Source: Thermodesulfobium acidiphilum (GTDB lineage Bacteria > Thermodesulfobiota > Thermodesulfobiia > Thermodesulfobiales > Thermodesulfobiaceae). From it: a stretch of 64,000 nt of DNA. Numbering within the stretch: the stretch's first letter is position 1; each line of letters opens with the position of its first letter. Of this stretch, positions 60,377-64,000 are shown one piece after another. Both the position numbers and the translations under genes were made by a program. Below the pieces are notes generated by a model. That model had not been told where the DNA came from. It made no database searches and was given only the letters and a program-made list of their open reading frames with translations. The DNA lies in contig NZ_CP020921.1 in the NCBI RefSeq assembly GCF_003057965.1, positions 1,104,916 to 1,168,915 of the forward strand, in the 5' to 3' direction.

Positions 60377-61150
60377 TTAAAATTTTACATGTGAAAATAT
60401 ATTTTTTGTATACTCTTCTATTTTACCTTCATCAGCCATTTGAACCATTATTGGATCAATTGGAACCTTCGCCAAAACTTCTATCCCATATTCCATAGCA
60501 ATTTTTTCAACCTTAGAAGCTCCAAATATATAATATTCTTTCTGGTTATCAGGACAAACAAAATAGCTCATATTCTCCACAATTCCTAAAAGTTTTCCAT
60601 TCTTTACTCTCTTTACCATCTTCATGCTCTTTTTAACTATTAAAGATGCCAGATCTTGAGGAGTGGTAACTACAATAGCACCTTCAACTGGGATTGACTG
60701 GAAAACTGTGATAACAACATCAGAAGTTCCAGGTGGCAAATCTATAAATAGATAATCTAACTCTCCCCAATCCACCTGTTCCCAAAATTCTTTGATAACC
60801 TTTGATAACATCGGACCACGCCATATTACAGGGTCGTCCTCCGAAGGCAAAAGCAAATTAAGTGATACTACTTTTATGCCCAATTTAGTGGTTGCTGGTT
60901 GCAATTTATCGTTTTTAACTTCCAACTTTTTATTAACCCCAAACAGCTTTGGTATGCTAGGCCCAGTTACATCAGCATCAAGAATCCCTACTTTAAAATT
61001 TCTTCTTGCAAATTCACAAGCTAACAGAGAAGTAACCGTGCTCTTTCCTACTCCGCCCTTGCCACTCAATATTGCTACAACTTTTTTTACATTAGGCAAG
61101 ATTACAGGTTCCAAAAGACCCGCACCCTTTTCCTGAGCTTTATCTGACAT
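60377..61150 (-). CDS. Mrp/NBP35 (ApbC) Fe-S cluster carrier ATPase
   Basis: SGKGGVGKST, WRGP, DLPPGT and ENMSYFVCP motifs. Confidence 0.93.
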   Translation of the reverse strand: MSDKAQEKGAGLLEPVILPNVKKVVAILSGKGGVGKSTVTSLLACEFARRNFKVGILDADVTGPSIPKLFGVNKKLEVKNDKLQPATTKLGIKVVSLNLLLPSEDDPVIWRGPMLSKVIKEFWEQVDWGELDYLFIDLPPGTSDVVITVFQSIPVEGAIVVTTPQDLASLIVKKSMKMVKRVKNGKLLGIVENMSYFVCPDNQKEYYIFGASKVEKIAMEYGIEVLAKVPIDPIMVQMADEGKIEEYTKNIFSHVKF

Positions 61151-61162
61151 AATTATCCTCCT

Positions 61163-62551
61163 TTAATTAGTTTTTATCTTATTTATAATACTATTTGCTG
61201 CTAAAACACCCGATGCTGAAGCTTGAATTAGACCTCTTGTTACTCCTACTCCGTCACCTGCTCCGTACAATCCTTCAATAGGGGTCATCAAATTAGAGTC
61301 CAACTTTAGTCTTGAAGAATAGTACTTAACCTCGACAGCATAAAGTAAAGTATAGCGAGAATAGACCCCAGGTGCAAGTTTATCTAATGCTTGTAACATT
61401 TCTATAATGCTTTTAAGATGTCTATAAGGTAAAACTAAGCTTATATCTCCAGGAGTAGCGCCTTTTAAAGTAGGCACCACTACTGATTTTAGAAGTCTTT
61501 CTTTAGTGGATCTTCTACCTTCCAAAAGATCCCCCAATCTTTGTACCAAAACGCCCCCACCCAAAAGATTTGCAAGCCTTGCAATATATTTACCATAAGC
61601 AATAGGTTCTTTAAACGGTTCTGTAAAAGATTTACTAACAAGCAAAGCAAAGTTTGTATTTTCAGTCTTTCTATCCGCATAACTGTGGCCATTTACAGTA
61701 ATTACACCGTCACTTTGTTCGCTTACAACTTCTCCATAAGGATTCATACAAAAGGTTCTTACTTTATCTTCAAACAACTTTGAATAATAGATCAATTTTA
61801 TTTCATACGTTATCTTTGTTAGTTGTTCCATAATAGTAGCAGGAACTTCCACTCTTACTCCAATATCAACAGGGTTGTTTTGAACTTCAATCCCTAACCT
61901 TCTAGCTTCATTAAAAATCCAATTAGCACCATCACGACCAGGTGATACAATAACGTATTTGCTTTTATAAACTGTTCCATCAGACACCTTTACGCCGTTT
62001 ACTCTATTATCTTTTATAATTATTTCATCTACAGTAGACGAAGTTAGTATATCTACCTTCTTTTCAAGTTCTTCTTTCATATTTTGTAATATAATAGGTG
62101 ATTTATCCGTTCCTAAATGTCTTACCTTAAAAGGGATATATTTCAAATCAGCTAGTATAGACCTCTTTTTTAGTTCCATTTCTTCTTCTGGATTTGGGGA
62201 GTAAACCTGCTGTGCCCCTCCAAAATCTACCCATATTTTGTCTACATATGAAACTAAGCTGCTCAATTTCTCTTCACCTATAATATCAGCAAGATTCCCA
62301 CCAATATCAGTAGACAAGGTAAGTTTTCCATCGCTAAATGCGCCAGCACCACCCCAACCGCTCATTAGTGCACAAGGGGTACAATTTAAACACTGAGTTT
62401 TTCTATCTCTCATAGGGCAATGTCTTTTGGATATATCGTGTCCCTTTTCAATTATTAAAATAGAACTATCATCAAGTTTTTTAGTTAGCTCTAATGCAGC
62501 GAATATTCCAGCAGGACCAGCACCAACAATTATTATGTCATAATTTTTCAT
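61163..62551 (-). CDS. FAD-dependent oxidoreductase (uncharacterised)
   Basis: GAGPAG, C-x7-CxxCxxC, GGAGAFSDGKL, RHLGTD, VNGHS and GDGVG..RG; ATG at 62551. Confidence 0.85.
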   Translation of the reverse strand: MKNYDIIIVGAGPAGIFAALELTKKLDDSSILIIEKGHDISKRHCPMRDRKTQCLNCTPCALMSGWGGAGAFSDGKLTLSTDIGGNLADIIGEEKLSSLVSYVDKIWVDFGGAQQVYSPNPEEEMELKKRSILADLKYIPFKVRHLGTDKSPIILQNMKEELEKKVDILTSSTVDEIIIKDNRVNGVKVSDGTVYKSKYVIVSPGRDGANWIFNEARRLGIEVQNNPVDIGVRVEVPATIMEQLTKITYEIKLIYYSKLFEDKVRTFCMNPYGEVVSEQSDGVITVNGHSYADRKTENTNFALLVSKSFTEPFKEPIAYGKYIARLANLLGGGVLVQRLGDLLEGRRSTKERLLKSVVVPTLKGATPGDISLVLPYRHLKSIIEMLQALDKLAPGVYSRYTLLYAVEVKYYSSRLKLDSNLMTPIEGLYGAGDGVGVTRGLIQASASGVLAANSIINKIKTN

Positions 62552-62571
62552 ATCTACACCCACTTTCTCAG

Positions 62572-62597
62572 AAAAATACCCTGGCAAAACCAGGGTA
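62572..62597 (-). terminator. Intrinsic terminator downstream of pyk
   Basis: 8-bp stem TACCCTGG/CCAGGGTA followed by TTTTT on the minus strand. Confidence 0.65.
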
Positions 62598-62670
62598 ATT
62601 TTAAATTAATTTAATTTATTGACACAAATTCCAACGCCTTTTTTACTATTCTAACACAAAAACGCCAAAA

Positions 62671-64000
62671 CTACCTAACGTTTATTTCTCCCTGATAAAT
62701 TAAACCTTTTTCTGCATCGACCGTAATCACTAGGCCATCTTTTAAAAGTTCAACAGCACCTTCTACCCCTATTACCACAGGAATACCAAAATTTATTCCA
62801 AGTATTACAGCGTTTGAAGTAAGCCCGCCTTCTTCAACTATTAGTGCCCCAGCTTCAGTAGTATATTTGGCTAACTCTTCATCGATACTCTTTGCAACCA
62901 CAATACACCCAGCTTTCATCCTTTCTCTAAAATCCTTCAAAGTATTAGCAATACAAACTGTCCCTGTATATGAACCACGTCCAACACCAATTCCCTTCAA
63001 TATAATATTTCCAACTAAATGAACCCTTATCATATTTGTGGTACCTGTAGCGCCCAATGGTACACCTGCAGTAATAACTACCAGATCGCCTTCTTTAATC
63101 AAATTTGAAGCAGTAGACTTGCTAATTGCCTCCAAAACCATTTCTTCAATGTTATTAGTTCTTTCGCACTTTATAGGATAAACTCCCCAAATTAGTTTCA
63201 TCTTTCTAACCATTCTAATATCAGGTGAAACGCCTATAATAAAAGCATTTGGTCTATATTTTGACACCATCTTAGCAGTATATCCGCTTTGAGTAATGCT
63301 TACAATTGCAGCAGCATCAAGTTCATGAGAAATCTGTACTGTAGCATGACTTATAGCATCAGTAGTAGTTTTCTGGTTCAAACCTTTAGACAAAAAGATT
63401 ACTTTATAATCTAATGACATTTCAGTTTTTAAAGCAATTCTTGCCATCATTTCCATAGCTTCCAAAGGGTAATTCCCAGCTGCTGTTTCACCGCTAAGCA
63501 TCACAGCGTCTGTACCATCAAGAATAGCGTTTGCTACGTCACTTGCTTCAGCCCTAGTAGGGTGTGGATTATTTATCATTGATTCCAGCATTTGTGTGGC
63601 AGTAATTACAGGCTTTCCAATTTTATTTGCTTTTTTGATTAGCTCCTTTTGAATCAAAGGAACGTCTTCATTTGGTATCTCAATTCCCATATCTCCTCTT
63701 GCAACCATAATACCATCAGCAACTTTAAGGATTTCATCGATATTATCAATTCCAAATCTATTTTCTATCTTTGCAATAATATCCATATTCGAATTGTTTT
63801 CTTCCAAAACTCTTCTAATTTCCAAAATATTCGACGCATTTTGTACAAAAGAAGCAGCAATAAAATCCATTTCATTTTCAATTCCAAATTTTATATCGTT
63901 TATATCCTTTTCTGACAGAAACTGCATGTCCAAAAAAACTCCCGGCACAGCTACTCTTTTATGATCCTTTAATATGCCATTGTTCATTACTGTAGTATAA
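62671..64000 (-). CDS. pyk: Pyruvate kinase with C-terminal PEP-utilising (swivel) domain; 5' end lies outside the window
   Basis: IIAKIEN, MVARGD, TATQMLESM and DAVMLSGETA; frame stays open to the window edge. Confidence 0.96.
   Translation of the reverse strand, partial: YTTVMNNGILKDHKRVAVPGVFLDMQFLSEKDINDIKFGIENEMDFIAASFVQNASNILEIRRVLEENNSNMDIIAKIENRFGIDNIDEILKVADGIMVARGDMGIEIPNEDVPLIQKELIKKANKIGKPVITATQMLESMINNPHPTRAEASDVANAILDGTDAVMLSGETAAGNYPLEAMEMMARIALKTEMSLDYKVIFLSKGLNQKTTTDAISHATVQISHELDAAAIVSITQSGYTAKMVSKYRPNAFIIGVSPDIRMVRKMKLIWGVYPIKCERTNNIEEMVLEAISKSTASNLIKEGDLVVITAGVPLGATGTTNMIRVHLVGNIILKGIGVGRGSYTGTVCIANTLKDFRERMKAGCIVVAKSIDEELAKYTTEAGALIVEEGGLTSNAVILGINFGIPVVIGVEGAVELLKDGLVITVDAEKGLIYQGEINVR

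Noticed and set aside
62552-62587. Upstream TTG start for the FAD oxidoreductase
   Set aside because: It lies within the terminator hairpin; ATG at 62551 directly precedes the Rossmann motif.
197-63915. Many short ORFs antisense to or nested in long genes (e.g. 197-535, 3212-3598, 7219-7692, 33036-33464, 35618-36037)
   Set aside because: They shadow well-supported genes and have no motifs or SD sequences.
1-64000. CRISPR array, rRNA, tRNA, integrase or transposase
   Set aside because: No regularly spaced repeats or recognisable motifs were seen; the only tRNA-like sequence belongs to the tmRNA.

Overview
AT-rich (roughly 30-35% GC by eye), gene-dense bacterial chromosome segment. An OmpM-type SLH/beta-barrel protein, a lipid A acyltransferase, the Ahb heme pathway and Firmicutes-like housekeeping genes point to a diderm low-GC anaerobe. 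A Thermodesulfobium-like organism is my inference and is not verified. Most of the window is housekeeping: leuCDB, argCJB, miaA, dapF, tig-clpP-clpX, priA, xth, rsmA, pdxA, ahbC-hemB-ahbD-ahbA, galU, rmlC, murI, glnE, tal/fbp/fba and a partial pyk. Accessory features: (i) a tmRNA gene (11118-11475, tag ANNNSLALAA) followed directly by a type III restriction-modification cassette, with an unannotated 37-codon Schlafen/AlbA_2 remnant between mod and res and an in-frame heptamer-repeat tract inside mod; (ii) an exported inhibitory-type serpin coupled to an uncharacterised exported protein; (iii) c-di-GMP enzymes and a broken multi-PAS pseudogene that shares an unusual C-x28/29-CYFC PAS-like domain with the diguanylate cyclase; (iv) an orphan groES and a single-Cys glutaredoxin-like ORF inside the arg-miaA-dapF gene string. 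No CRISPR array, rRNA, tRNA, integrase or transposase was seen. All calls come from motif recognition by eye, with no database searches.
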